From: a virus
IMG/VR virus record: IMGVR_UViG_3300048928_000524
Span: 1 to 27,266 of that record
Direction: 5' to 3' (one strand)
Length of the DNA stretch: 27,266 bases
This document shows, in pieces, positions 6,549 through 14,075 of this stretch. Every line of letters begins with the position of its first letter. The stretch's first letter is position 1. The notes under the pieces are model-generated. The model was not told the DNA's origin and did not search any database. It was given only the letters and a program-made list of their open reading frames with translations. The position numbers and the translations under genes are program-made.

Positions 6549-6737
6549 ATGGACATTCCTATCGAGGCCGTTGGCGCTGTTTGGGCCAAGGGCAGGGCGG
6601 CTGCATTGTCTGGCCGTCCGTTGGATGAGGCGAACGAGTATCCGGCTGGCAGCGCGCATCACGCGGCGTGGCTGGCGGGGTATATGGGCTTGGCGCGCAC
6701 GTATGGAGGCGAGGGTGTCGGCGTATCGCATCAATGA
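6549..6737 (+). CDS. Rmf/CrpP-family small protein (62 aa)
   Basis: This is an internal ATG of track ORF 6204..6737. WAKGRAAALSGRPLDEANEYPAGSAHHAAWLAGY follows the Rmf-like pattern G+xAGxxG...(C)PY...s....WLxGW/Y. Confidence 0.5.
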   Translation: MDIPIEAVGAVWAKGRAAALSGRPLDEANEYPAGSAHHAAWLAGYMGLARTYGGEGVGVSHQ

Positions 6738-7746
6738 TCTTGAGTTGAGCGCGCTGTCCGGGGCGGGTGCGGAGATCGCGCATCTGTACCTGGTGGCGCT
6801 GCGCCCGCGTATGGACTTCAGGACGGGCGTGGTGGGGCGCGTGGTGCGGATCTCGTATCAGGCGCTGCGTGAGTGGACGGAGCGCACTGCGCGTCGCGGC
6901 GTGCGCTACCTGGCGCATGACAAATCAAAGCTGCAGCGGATGTTGGCGCAGCTGGAGAAGCTGGGGCTGCTGCGCCGGCTTGGCGGGCAGTACGAGCTTG
7001 TTTTTGCGTGCCCGTTGGCGGATACGGATTCGTGCGTCCAAAAGAAAGCCGGTCGAGGTTCGATACACCCGCAGGATGGCTACGAATTCAATGCTGATGC
7101 GGGTTTCAAGGATGTGCCTGAGTCTGTGGATAACGCGAAAGCCGCCACACATCCGTATTCCGGTAACACCTATAAAACCAACCCCCCTAACCCCCCACGC
7201 CGGGGGCGTGAGAAGAAGGAGATTGAGTCCCCCACGCCTGCGGCGCGGGAGGATCGAAACGGCCCCCAACACCGTCGCACGCGGCGGCACCGGCTCTCAG
7301 AGGAACGTGGTCAGAACACGAGCGTGGTTGGGGATGGGCTTGCAGAGAGTGAGGATGGGCAAAGCGTGGCGTGGCAGGCAGACCTTGCCTGGCCGGTTGA
7401 CCTGAGAGGGCCTGAGCGGGCGCGTGTTGCACGCATTGTGGCTCGGGCACCCGTCGGCATGAGGCAGGTGGTGGTCGACGAATGGCGGGGCCGTATGGCG
7501 GCGGGTGGTGTGGACGATCCGTTTGCGATGTTGGCGTATCACGCGAAGCGGGCGAGCGATCCGGATTGGGTGCCGTCGTATGCGGCGGCGGTGCGGGAGT
7601 CGCGCGAGCGGGCAAGGGCGCTGCGGCGCCAGCAGGAGGAGGCGCTGGCGCGGTTGCAGGCGCAGGCGGAGCAGGCGGTGGCTGGGCTGCCGTGGCATGC
7701 GGGCCGGTTGCGGCACGCGGCAGGCGTTGCGCGAGGTGCGGCATGA
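6703..7746 (+). CDS. Replication initiator-like protein (N-terminal winged helix)
   Basis: I start at ATG 6703, in frame with the track ORF from 6571. LSGAGAEIAHLYLVALRPRMDFRTGVVG...ISYQALREW...KSKLQRMLAQLEKLGLLRR is typical of phage O/replication wHTH proteins. A Pro/Arg-rich linker and a helical C-terminal domain follow. Confidence 0.6.
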   Translation: MEARVSAYRINDLELSALSGAGAEIAHLYLVALRPRMDFRTGVVGRVVRISYQALREWTERTARRGVRYLAHDKSKLQRMLAQLEKLGLLRRLGGQYELVFACPLADTDSCVQKKAGRGSIHPQDGYEFNADAGFKDVPESVDNAKAATHPYSGNTYKTNPPNPPRRGREKKEIESPTPAAREDRNGPQHRRTRRHRLSEERGQNTSVVGDGLAESEDGQSVAWQADLAWPVDLRGPERARVARIVARAPVGMRQVVVDEWRGRMAAGGVDDPFAMLAYHAKRASDPDWVPSYAAAVRESRERARALRRQQEEALARLQAQAEQAVAGLPWHAGRLRHAAGVARGAA

Positions 7747-8042
7747 CGGCTGCGGAGGCGTTCGACGCGGCGGCGCTGGCGGCGATCGGCAAAGGTGAGT
7801 GGCCGTCGCGGGCGGTGTTCTGGTCGGCGGTGCGGTTTGGGATGAAGGCCGTTGAGGCGGCGCGCTGGGCTGATGCTGAGGAGCGGTGGTCGTCGCTCTG
7901 GCGCGTGGCAGTGGCTGAGCATCTGCCGCCGATTCCGGATGCGCCGTTGGTGGGGGCGCCGCCGTCGGTGGTGCAGGCGGAGCGGCAGCTTGCGCGCATG
8001 CGTGAAATCGTCGGATCGAGGAGGCAGGATGTATTGCGTTAA
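7743..8042 (+). CDS. Hypothetical 99-aa early protein
   Basis: The ATG overlaps the stop of the replication gene (ATGA). It is in frame with track ORF 7482..8042. Confidence 0.5.
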   Translation: MTAAEAFDAAALAAIGKGEWPSRAVFWSAVRFGMKAVEAARWADAEERWSSLWRVAVAEHLPPIPDAPLVGAPPSVVQAERQLARMREIVGSRRQDVLR

Positions 8043-8442
8043 GCCGCGTGAGGTGACGAGGCAATCTGCGTTGGTGACGAGCGAGGATCAGGCGCTCGAT
8101 GATCTGCTGTTGGAGTGGTTCCGCTGGGAGGCGCAGTATTCGGGCGAGAAGTGGTTTTCGAACCGGGATGCGACGTGCGGTGGGTCTGCGAGCTCGCGGC
8201 AGTGGATGTCGACGGATGACATTCACGAGGCGAGCGTGGATGCGTGGCAGATGCAGCAGGTGGCGGCGGCGATGGAGGCGATCTCGGGCGACCATGCGCT
8301 GGCGATTCGGGTGGAGTGTCGGAACAGGCTCGGGCCGGGCGTGTGGCGGAACCCGCGTGCGGGGCTGCGGCAGCCGTTGGCGTATGCGGCGGCGAAGGTG
8401 GCGATCAGGCCGTGGATTGTGAAATTCGGTGTCGAGTATTGA
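8029..8442 (+). CDS. Hypothetical 137-aa protein; possible Q-like late regulator
   Basis: This is an internal ATG of track ORF 7852..8442 and the last gene before a strong terminator. LLLEWFRWEAQYSGEKW...DDIHEASVDAWQMQQVAAAMEAI loosely parallels the LERWGAWA...DDDAM...M layout of 82/21-type Q proteins, which I recall from memory only. Confidence 0.5.
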   Translation: MYCVKPREVTRQSALVTSEDQALDDLLLEWFRWEAQYSGEKWFSNRDATCGGSASSRQWMSTDDIHEASVDAWQMQQVAAAMEAISGDHALAIRVECRNRLGPGVWRNPRAGLRQPLAYAAAKVAIRPWIVKFGVEY

Positions 8443-8504
8443 TGGTGGCGGGGGCGTCGCTTAAAGTTCGGTTCGTGGGGCGACGTGCGCCCATAGAAAA
8501 TGAA

Positions 8505-8540
8505 AGCCCGACCGGATTGCTGTGTCGGGCTTTTTGTTTG
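8505..8540 (+). terminator. Intrinsic terminator at the end of the early operon
   Basis: AGCCCGAC (8505-8512) pairs with GTCGGGCT (8524-8531) across an 11-nt loop, followed by TTTTTGTTTG. An A-run upstream gives partial bidirectional character. Confidence 0.7.
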
Positions 8541-8666
8541 TGCGGTGTTGTCTTGCAGGGGCTGGCCGGGAGCTGTCCGAGTACGGTAAGGAGAGAAAAT
8601 CGAGCAGTGCGCCGATGACCACTCTTCACCTACGGCAAGCCCTCCTGCAAATCGCCAGCAGGGTCA

Positions 8667-9335
8667 TCACTGAACAACGAGCTCGTACTCGATGTCTTGA
8701 ACCATACGACCGTAATCGCTCGAGTTTTGATTGTATCGGCCGCCAAACTTGAGTGTGTAGCGCCCGCGTTGCAGAGGCTTCAGCAGAACCCAGTATCCGT
8801 CAGATGCTGAGGGATAAGCCTTGTACGGGCGCTGTTCTGGCTGAATACGTTCGAAGATGTCGAAGCACTTCTCGCTAGCGGTGCGAAATCTTCTTACGTT
8901 GGAGAGCGACGTTCCGTTCAGCTCCACAAACAGATCTATAGCGGAGTCATTGTTGAGTGCAGCTGCCGCTTTTGCCTTTTCGCAGGTGTAGGTGTCGTTT
9001 CCTCTGGCGGGGTAGTACACCATATTGACCACCGGAAAGAACAATGGTTTGCCAGCGGGTACGACACACGACCTCCGGATCTTTGAAGATCCAAAGCCGC
9101 CTGCCAGGAACCAGACTGCACCTTGTTGGCCAGCTCCACAATTCGCCCCCGTCAAATCGCGCAGGGGATTAACTTCGGAAGGGATCGACATTGCCCACTG
9201 CCACCACTCCGTCGACAACTGTGCGACAGATGCTCCCTTGACTGAACTGCCGGGCTGAAACGCAAAGTCAGCGGCGAGTGCCGGGATCGGCAAGGCAAGC
9301 GCGGCAGCCACTGACACGACGATATTGCGAAACAT
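8667..9335 (-). CDS. Secreted protein of unknown function (moron)
   Basis: I start at the second ATG (9335), which has GGAGA 5 nt upstream. The product begins MFRNIVVSVAAALALPIPALA/ADFAF, a classic Sec signal peptide with an AxA site. GC is low (28/60 in the line starting at 8881). The orientation is opposite to all flanking phage genes. Confidence 0.8.
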   Translation of the reverse strand: MFRNIVVSVAAALALPIPALAADFAFQPGSSVKGASVAQLSTEWWQWAMSIPSEVNPLRDLTGANCGAGQQGAVWFLAGGFGSSKIRRSCVVPAGKPLFFPVVNMVYYPARGNDTYTCEKAKAAAALNNDSAIDLFVELNGTSLSNVRRFRTASEKCFDIFERIQPEQRPYKAYPSASDGYWVLLKPLQRGRYTLKFGGRYNQNSSDYGRMVQDIEYELVVQ

Positions 9336-9733
9336 TACTGTCTCCATTTTTGCAACGACATTAACGTGCAGAAATACTCAGGGAAATAGATCGAGAGGCG
9401 GTGCGAGATTATCCGGGTGTGTGTTTGTGGTTGACTGGCGTAGATGCGCAGTGTCGCGAGGGTGCAACAATGCATTGCGCACCGCTTGCGCACACCTGTT
9501 GTTCTCGCAGTGGATCCCAACTAACCGAACGAGAGGTGACCGGATAGCGTGGGGTGCCTCCTGTTGACCTATCGCTCCGCGAGAATCGGTGACGAACATC
9601 TCATCTGTCTGATGGAGCCCGGCGTCGGCGCGCCTTGCCACGGCCGGGGCGAAAGCCGGGGGCCCCTGGGCCCAAGGGCTACTGCGGGGGCGCTCACCCG
9701 CGACTCTTCGTTAGCGGCCAGTTTTCCAGCTTA

Positions 9734-9780
9734 GTGAAATTCACCTCCGATGAGGTGAAACGGTGAAATCATGAGTGAAA
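9734..9780. repeat. Cluster of GTGAA(A) motifs around the terS start (candidate cosB/terminase-binding sites)
   Basis: GTGAAATTCAC (9734-9744) has inverted arms GTGAA/TTCAC. GGTGAAA occurs at 9754-9760 and 9762-9768, and GTGAAA at 9775-9780. Confidence 0.4.
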
Positions 9781-10415
9781 CGATCCTTCTGACGCGCTCG
9801 GCGTTTGCGGCGCGCCAGAACTGGTCGCCCAGCTATGTCACCAAGCTCGGCAAGGAAGGGAAGCTGGTCACCACGCCGGACGGCAAGCTGGTCGACGTCG
9901 ATGCCACGCTCGCGAAGATCAAACGCGGTGCCGACCCCGCCAAAGAAGCCGTCCGCGCCCGCCACGAGGCTGCACGCATCGACCGCGATGTCTACAGCGC
10001 AAGAGACACAACGCCCGACGCCGACCCATCCCTCGGCCACGACTTCCAAGCCGCCCGCGCCGAACGCGAGTACTACCAGGCACAGCTAGCCCGCACCGAA
10101 TACCAGTGGGTCTCTGGCCTGCTGGTCAGCCGCATAGCCGTAGAAGACGCCGCCGAAAAGATGGGCGCCAACCTGCGCGACCGCATCATGGGCCTGCCGC
10201 GCCAGATCGCGCCCGAGCTGGCCTCGATGACCGATCCATGGGCCGTCGAGCGCCATCTCGAAACCGCACTGCGCAAGGTGCTCGACGACATGATCGTCCA
10301 CGGCGCCGCAGTGCTTTCCGAATCCATCAACGATCCCGACCGCGGCAAGTTGGCCGACCTGTCACGCGCGGGGAAAGAGAGGTACGGCTCCATGGAGCCC
10401 ATCGACACATCGTGA
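9771..10415 (+). CDS. Terminase small subunit, lambda Nu1-like
   Basis: The N-terminal HTH is LTRSAFAARQNWSPSYVTKLGKEGKLV. The middle region AEREYYQAQLARTEYQWVSGLLVSRIAVEDAAEKMGANLRDRIMGLPRQIAPEL parallels Nu1 YERHRLTRAQADAQEL...VLSRIAGEIASILDGLPLSVQRRFPEL. The gene lies immediately upstream of, and overlaps, TerL. Confidence 0.8.
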   Translation: MSETILLTRSAFAARQNWSPSYVTKLGKEGKLVTTPDGKLVDVDATLAKIKRGADPAKEAVRARHEAARIDRDVYSARDTTPDADPSLGHDFQAARAEREYYQAQLARTEYQWVSGLLVSRIAVEDAAEKMGANLRDRIMGLPRQIAPELASMTDPWAVERHLETALRKVLDDMIVHGAAVLSESINDPDRGKLADLSRAGKERYGSMEPIDTS

Positions 10416-12358
10416 GCCATCCCGACGGAGCCGCACTGTTCGCCCGCGCCTTCCTGGCCGGCCTGAAGCCTGACCCCGAGTTGTGGGTAGACCAATGGTC
10501 CGAAGACTTCATGGTGATCCCCGACGAGTCGGGCGCTGCCGAAACCGGGCCATACCGCTCCGCGCGCACGCCGTACGCCGTCGAGCCCATGCAGTGCCTG
10601 TCGCCCGCGCATCCGTGTTTGCGTGTGGTCGCCATGGTCGCGTCGCAGTTGTTCAAGACGCAGGTCGCGTTGAACTGGATCTCGGCGACGATCCACCGCG
10701 CCCCGGCCAACTTCCTCGCGCTGCAACCGACGTTGAACCTCACACGCCGCTTCTCCGCACGTGTGGCCAAGACAATCGATGCTGTACCCGTCCTGCGCGA
10801 GCGCGTAGCATCGGCCCGATCGCGCGACGCCGCCAACACCGCCGAGCGCAAAGACTTCCGCAAGGGCACGTTGTTCATCAACACAGCCGGCTCCGCAGCC
10901 AACCTTGCAGAAGTCTCCGCCCGCTACGTGTACGGCGACGAAATCGACCGCTGGGTGCGCGACCTCAACAACGAAGGCGACCCAATCGGCATCGCCGAAA
11001 AGCGCGCCAGCACCTTCGGCCGCAACGCCAAGTTTTACTACTCGAGCTCGCCCACCATCGACGGCGCCTCGCGCATCGCCGAGCTCTACGCCCAGAGCGA
11101 CCAGCGCCACTACTACGTGTCCTGCCCGCACTGCGGCCACGAGCACATCCTCGAATTCGAGCAGCTGCGCGCAAGCGGCGACTTGAGCGACGTCTACTGC
11201 GAGTGCCCCGCGTGCTTCTACCGCATCCGCGAGCACGAAAAGCCCGCGCTGTTCAAGACTGGCCGCTGGATCCCGCACGCCAAGGGCGACGGCGAGACGG
11301 TCGGCTTCCATCTGTCGACGGTGTATTCGCCGCTGGGCTGGGTGTCCTGGCGCGCGCTCATCAAGGAACACCGCGAGGCCAAGCTGGCGCAAGAGAAGGG
11401 CGATCCCGGCCTGATGCAGGTGTTCTACAACACGCGTCTGGCGCGCGTGTGGGACAACGCCCAGCAGCGCACCAGCGCAGACGAACTGCGTGACCGCGCA
11501 GAGGACTACCGCCTGCGCACCGTGCCCGCCGGCGCGCTGCTGCTGACCGCCGCCGTCGACACCCAGGACGACCGCCTAGAACTGCTCATCATGGGCTGGG
11601 GCGAGGGCATGGAGCGCTGGACCATCGATCATCAGATTTTCATGGGCGACCCGTCCGACCCCGCGCTGTGGGCGACGCTCGACGAAGCCCTGCAGGCGAC
11701 GTTCCTGCACGCCTCCGGCAAGGACATGCAGATCCGCGCTGTTGCCATCGACTCCGGCGGCAGCCACACGCAGGACGTGTATCACTTCACGCGCCTGCGG
11801 CAGTGGCGCCACGTGCTGGCCGTCAAGGGCGCCAGCAAGCCGAACAAGCCGGTGATCGCACAGCGCCCGTCCCGCGTGGACGTGACATGGCAGGGCACCA
11901 CCGAGGTCGACGGCGCCGAACTGTGGATCGTCGGCACCGACACCGCCAAGGACTGGATCTACAACCGCTTCAAGCTCACCAGCGGCCCGGGCGCGTTGCA
12001 CTTCTCGAACGACTTGCCGCTTGAGTTCTACAAGCAGCTCACCGCCGAGAAGCAGATCGTGCGCTACGTGAAGGGCTACCCGCGCACCGAGTGGGTCAAG
12101 GCGCGCGGCGACCGTAACGAGATTCTCGACTTGAACGTCTACAACCTCGCTGCGGCGCATTACCTGGGCGTGCACAAGTATCAGGAACCCGACTGGCGCC
12201 GGCTGCGCATGCACTTCGATCAAGGCAGCTTGTTCGCCGCAGCACCCGTCAATGACGAAGCGCCCGCAGAACCCGCCGCACCACCGGCCCTAGAGCCACC
12301 GCGCCCCGCGCATGCACGCCGCCGCGTGGCTGCGTCGCGCTACCTCAAACGACGATAG
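10412..12358 (+). CDS. Terminase large subunit, lambda gpA family
   Basis: The GTG start overlaps the terS stop (GTGA). Motifs shared with lambda gpA include YYVSCPHCGHEH, FHLSTVYSP, VDTQDDRLE...MGWGEG, AIDSGG, VGTDTAKDWIYNRF, QLTAEKQ and RNEILDLNVY. The 102 codons upstream in the track ORF overlap terS and are Arg-rich shadow sequence. Confidence 0.95.
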   Translation: MSHPDGAALFARAFLAGLKPDPELWVDQWSEDFMVIPDESGAAETGPYRSARTPYAVEPMQCLSPAHPCLRVVAMVASQLFKTQVALNWISATIHRAPANFLALQPTLNLTRRFSARVAKTIDAVPVLRERVASARSRDAANTAERKDFRKGTLFINTAGSAANLAEVSARYVYGDEIDRWVRDLNNEGDPIGIAEKRASTFGRNAKFYYSSSPTIDGASRIAELYAQSDQRHYYVSCPHCGHEHILEFEQLRASGDLSDVYCECPACFYRIREHEKPALFKTGRWIPHAKGDGETVGFHLSTVYSPLGWVSWRALIKEHREAKLAQEKGDPGLMQVFYNTRLARVWDNAQQRTSADELRDRAEDYRLRTVPAGALLLTAAVDTQDDRLELLIMGWGEGMERWTIDHQIFMGDPSDPALWATLDEALQATFLHASGKDMQIRAVAIDSGGSHTQDVYHFTRLRQWRHVLAVKGASKPNKPVIAQRPSRVDVTWQGTTEVDGAELWIVGTDTAKDWIYNRFKLTSGPGALHFSNDLPLEFYKQLTAEKQIVRYVKGYPRTEWVKARGDRNEILDLNVYNLAAAHYLGVHKYQEPDWRRLRMHFDQGSLFAAAPVNDEAPAEPAAPPALEPPRPAHARRRVAASRYLKRR

Positions 12359-12366
12359 AGAACCGC

Positions 12367-12573
12367 ATGGCTTACACAAAGCAAGATCTCCAGCGCATCG
12401 AGCGTGCACTGGTGAAGGGCGAGCTCGAGGTTCAGTTTCAGGACCGGCGAGCCCGATACCGCTCGGTGGACGAGATGCTGCGCATCCGCAGCGAGATCGT
12501 CCGCAACCTCGAAGATGCCGCACCGGCATCGCGGGTGATCCGGCTGCGCTCGGCAGGCAAGGGGGTCACATGA
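12367..12573 (+). CDS. Head-tail joining protein, lambda gpW family
   Basis: This 68-aa ORF lies between terminase and portal, as in lambda. The sequence YTKQDLQRIERALVKGELEVQFQDRRARYRSVDEMLRIRSEI is gpW-like. Confidence 0.8.
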   Translation: MAYTKQDLQRIERALVKGELEVQFQDRRARYRSVDEMLRIRSEIVRNLEDAAPASRVIRLRSAGKGVT

Positions 12574-14075
12574 CCCGATACCCTGCGCTGGGCCAGCTTG
12601 GTTTCGTCTTGCCGGCGGAGCGGGCGGTTCGGGCGCAGGCATACGAGGCCGGCGGCACTACCGGCAGCCGTGGTCGCGCGTGGCGCACGTCGGGCGCGGG
12701 GCCAAACGCCTCTGTCACGCAGAACCTCGGCACCATCCGCACGCGGGCACGCAGTGCCGTCCGCAATGACCCATGGGCCAAGAAAGCGATTGCCGGGCTG
12801 GTGACCAACGCCATCGGTACCGGCATCGTGCCGCACCCTTACCATCCCGACCTAGCCGTACGCAACGCGCTTAAAGAGCTGTGGAGCGACTGGGTGCTCG
12901 AAGCCGACGCCGATGGTCTGCTCGACTTCTACGGCTTGCAGACGCTGGCCGCCCGCGCCTTGTTCACCGATGGGGAGGTTCTGAACCGCGTCCGCCCCCG
13001 CCGCCCGGAACGTGGCCTCTGCGTGCCGCTGCAGGTGCAGCTTTTCGAAGCCGACCACCTGCCAGCCAACCTGAATCAAATGCTGCCCAACGGCGGCGAG
13101 ATCGTCTCCGGTGTCGAGTTCGACCGCGATGGCGACCGCGTTGCCTACCACCTGCACCGCCGGCACCCGGGCGAGGCAGGGCGCGCGGCCACGCAGGCAG
13201 GAACGGTGCGCGTGCCCGCCGCCGAGATCCAGCACGTATTCGAGCCGGTGCGGCCGGGTGCCGTGCGGGGCTGCTCGGCGCTGGCAACGGTGCTTTTGCG
13301 CTTGCACACGCTCGACAGCTTCGACGACGCCGTGCTCGTGCGGCAAGAGGTGGCGAACCTGTTCGCGGGCTTCATCACCCGGCCAGCGCCCACCAGCGTG
13401 AAGTTGGATACGTTGACGGGCCAGCCAGTCGAGTTCGACGGCGACGGCACGGCGCTCACCTCGATGGAGCCCGGCTCCCTGCAAGAACTGCTCCCCGGCG
13501 AGGAAGTGCAGTTTGCCGAACCACCCGGCGCCGGTACCGACTACGGTCCCTTCATGCGGCAGCAGCTCATGGCCGCCGCCGCATCCGTGGGCCTGCCGTA
13601 CGAAGTGCTCACGGGCGACCTGCGCGACGTCAGCGACCGCGCCCTGCGCGTGATTCTCGGCGAGTTCCGGCGCCAGCTTGAGCAGCTTCAGTGGAACGTC
13701 TTCATCCACCAGTACTGCCGCCCCGTCTGGGCCGCCTGGACAGACGCCGTGGCGCTGTCCGGCGTGCTGCCCATGCCCGACTACTACCGGAACCGGCGTC
13801 TCTATCAGCGCGTGCGCTGGGTGCCGCAGGGCTGGCCGTACATCAACCCGGTGCAAGACGTACAGGCTCAGCGCATCGCCATCCGCGCCGGGCTGGCCAG
13901 CCGCTCGGCCACGATCCTCGCGCAGGGCGAAGACCCGGAAACCACCGATGCCGAAAACGCCGCCGACAACGAACGCGCCGACAGGCTTGGCCTCGTCTTC
14001 GACTCGGATGCGCGCAGGCGCGACAGCGCCGGCAACGTGACCGACAACCAGGAACACACCAACGATGAAAGCTAA
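12570..14075 (+). CDS. Portal protein, lambda gpB family
   Basis: The ATG at 12570 overlaps the gpW stop. The size (501 aa), the position and the sequence character (WAKKAI...LVTNAIGTGI, PQGWPYINPVQD) are typical of lambda-family portals. Confidence 0.92.
   Translation: MTRYPALGQLGFVLPAERAVRAQAYEAGGTTGSRGRAWRTSGAGPNASVTQNLGTIRTRARSAVRNDPWAKKAIAGLVTNAIGTGIVPHPYHPDLAVRNALKELWSDWVLEADADGLLDFYGLQTLAARALFTDGEVLNRVRPRRPERGLCVPLQVQLFEADHLPANLNQMLPNGGEIVSGVEFDRDGDRVAYHLHRRHPGEAGRAATQAGTVRVPAAEIQHVFEPVRPGAVRGCSALATVLLRLHTLDSFDDAVLVRQEVANLFAGFITRPAPTSVKLDTLTGQPVEFDGDGTALTSMEPGSLQELLPGEEVQFAEPPGAGTDYGPFMRQQLMAAAASVGLPYEVLTGDLRDVSDRALRVILGEFRRQLEQLQWNVFIHQYCRPVWAAWTDAVALSGVLPMPDYYRNRRLYQRVRWVPQGWPYINPVQDVQAQRIAIRAGLASRSATILAQGEDPETTDAENAADNERADRLGLVFDSDARRRDSAGNVTDNQEHTNDES

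Noticed and set aside
7187-8295. Minus-strand ORFs of 270 and 332 aa, and plus-strand alternatives (7482.., 7505.., 7852.., 8099.., 8244..), in the early region
   Set aside because: They have extreme Pro/Arg/Ala composition. The early operon genes, with coupled starts and stops (7743, 8029), explain the region better.
10106-10411. N-terminal 102 codons of the track TerL ORF, and likewise 12312..12569 for the portal, 17600..17884 for gpV, 18372..18617 for gpW and 20368..20439 for the fibre
   Set aside because: These extensions overlap the preceding gene in another frame and are Arg-rich. They lack homology-like sequence. Internal starts with SDs or start/stop coupling fit better.
10073-11392. 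439-aa minus-strand ORF opposite the terminase gene. The same applies to 10327..10902, 10483..11493, 11576..12223 and 11668..12024.
   Set aside because: The translations are Ala/Arg/Gly/Val-rich with no motifs. The plus-strand frame from 10412 carries unmistakable gpA motifs. These are shadow ORFs, as expected at about 70 percent GC.
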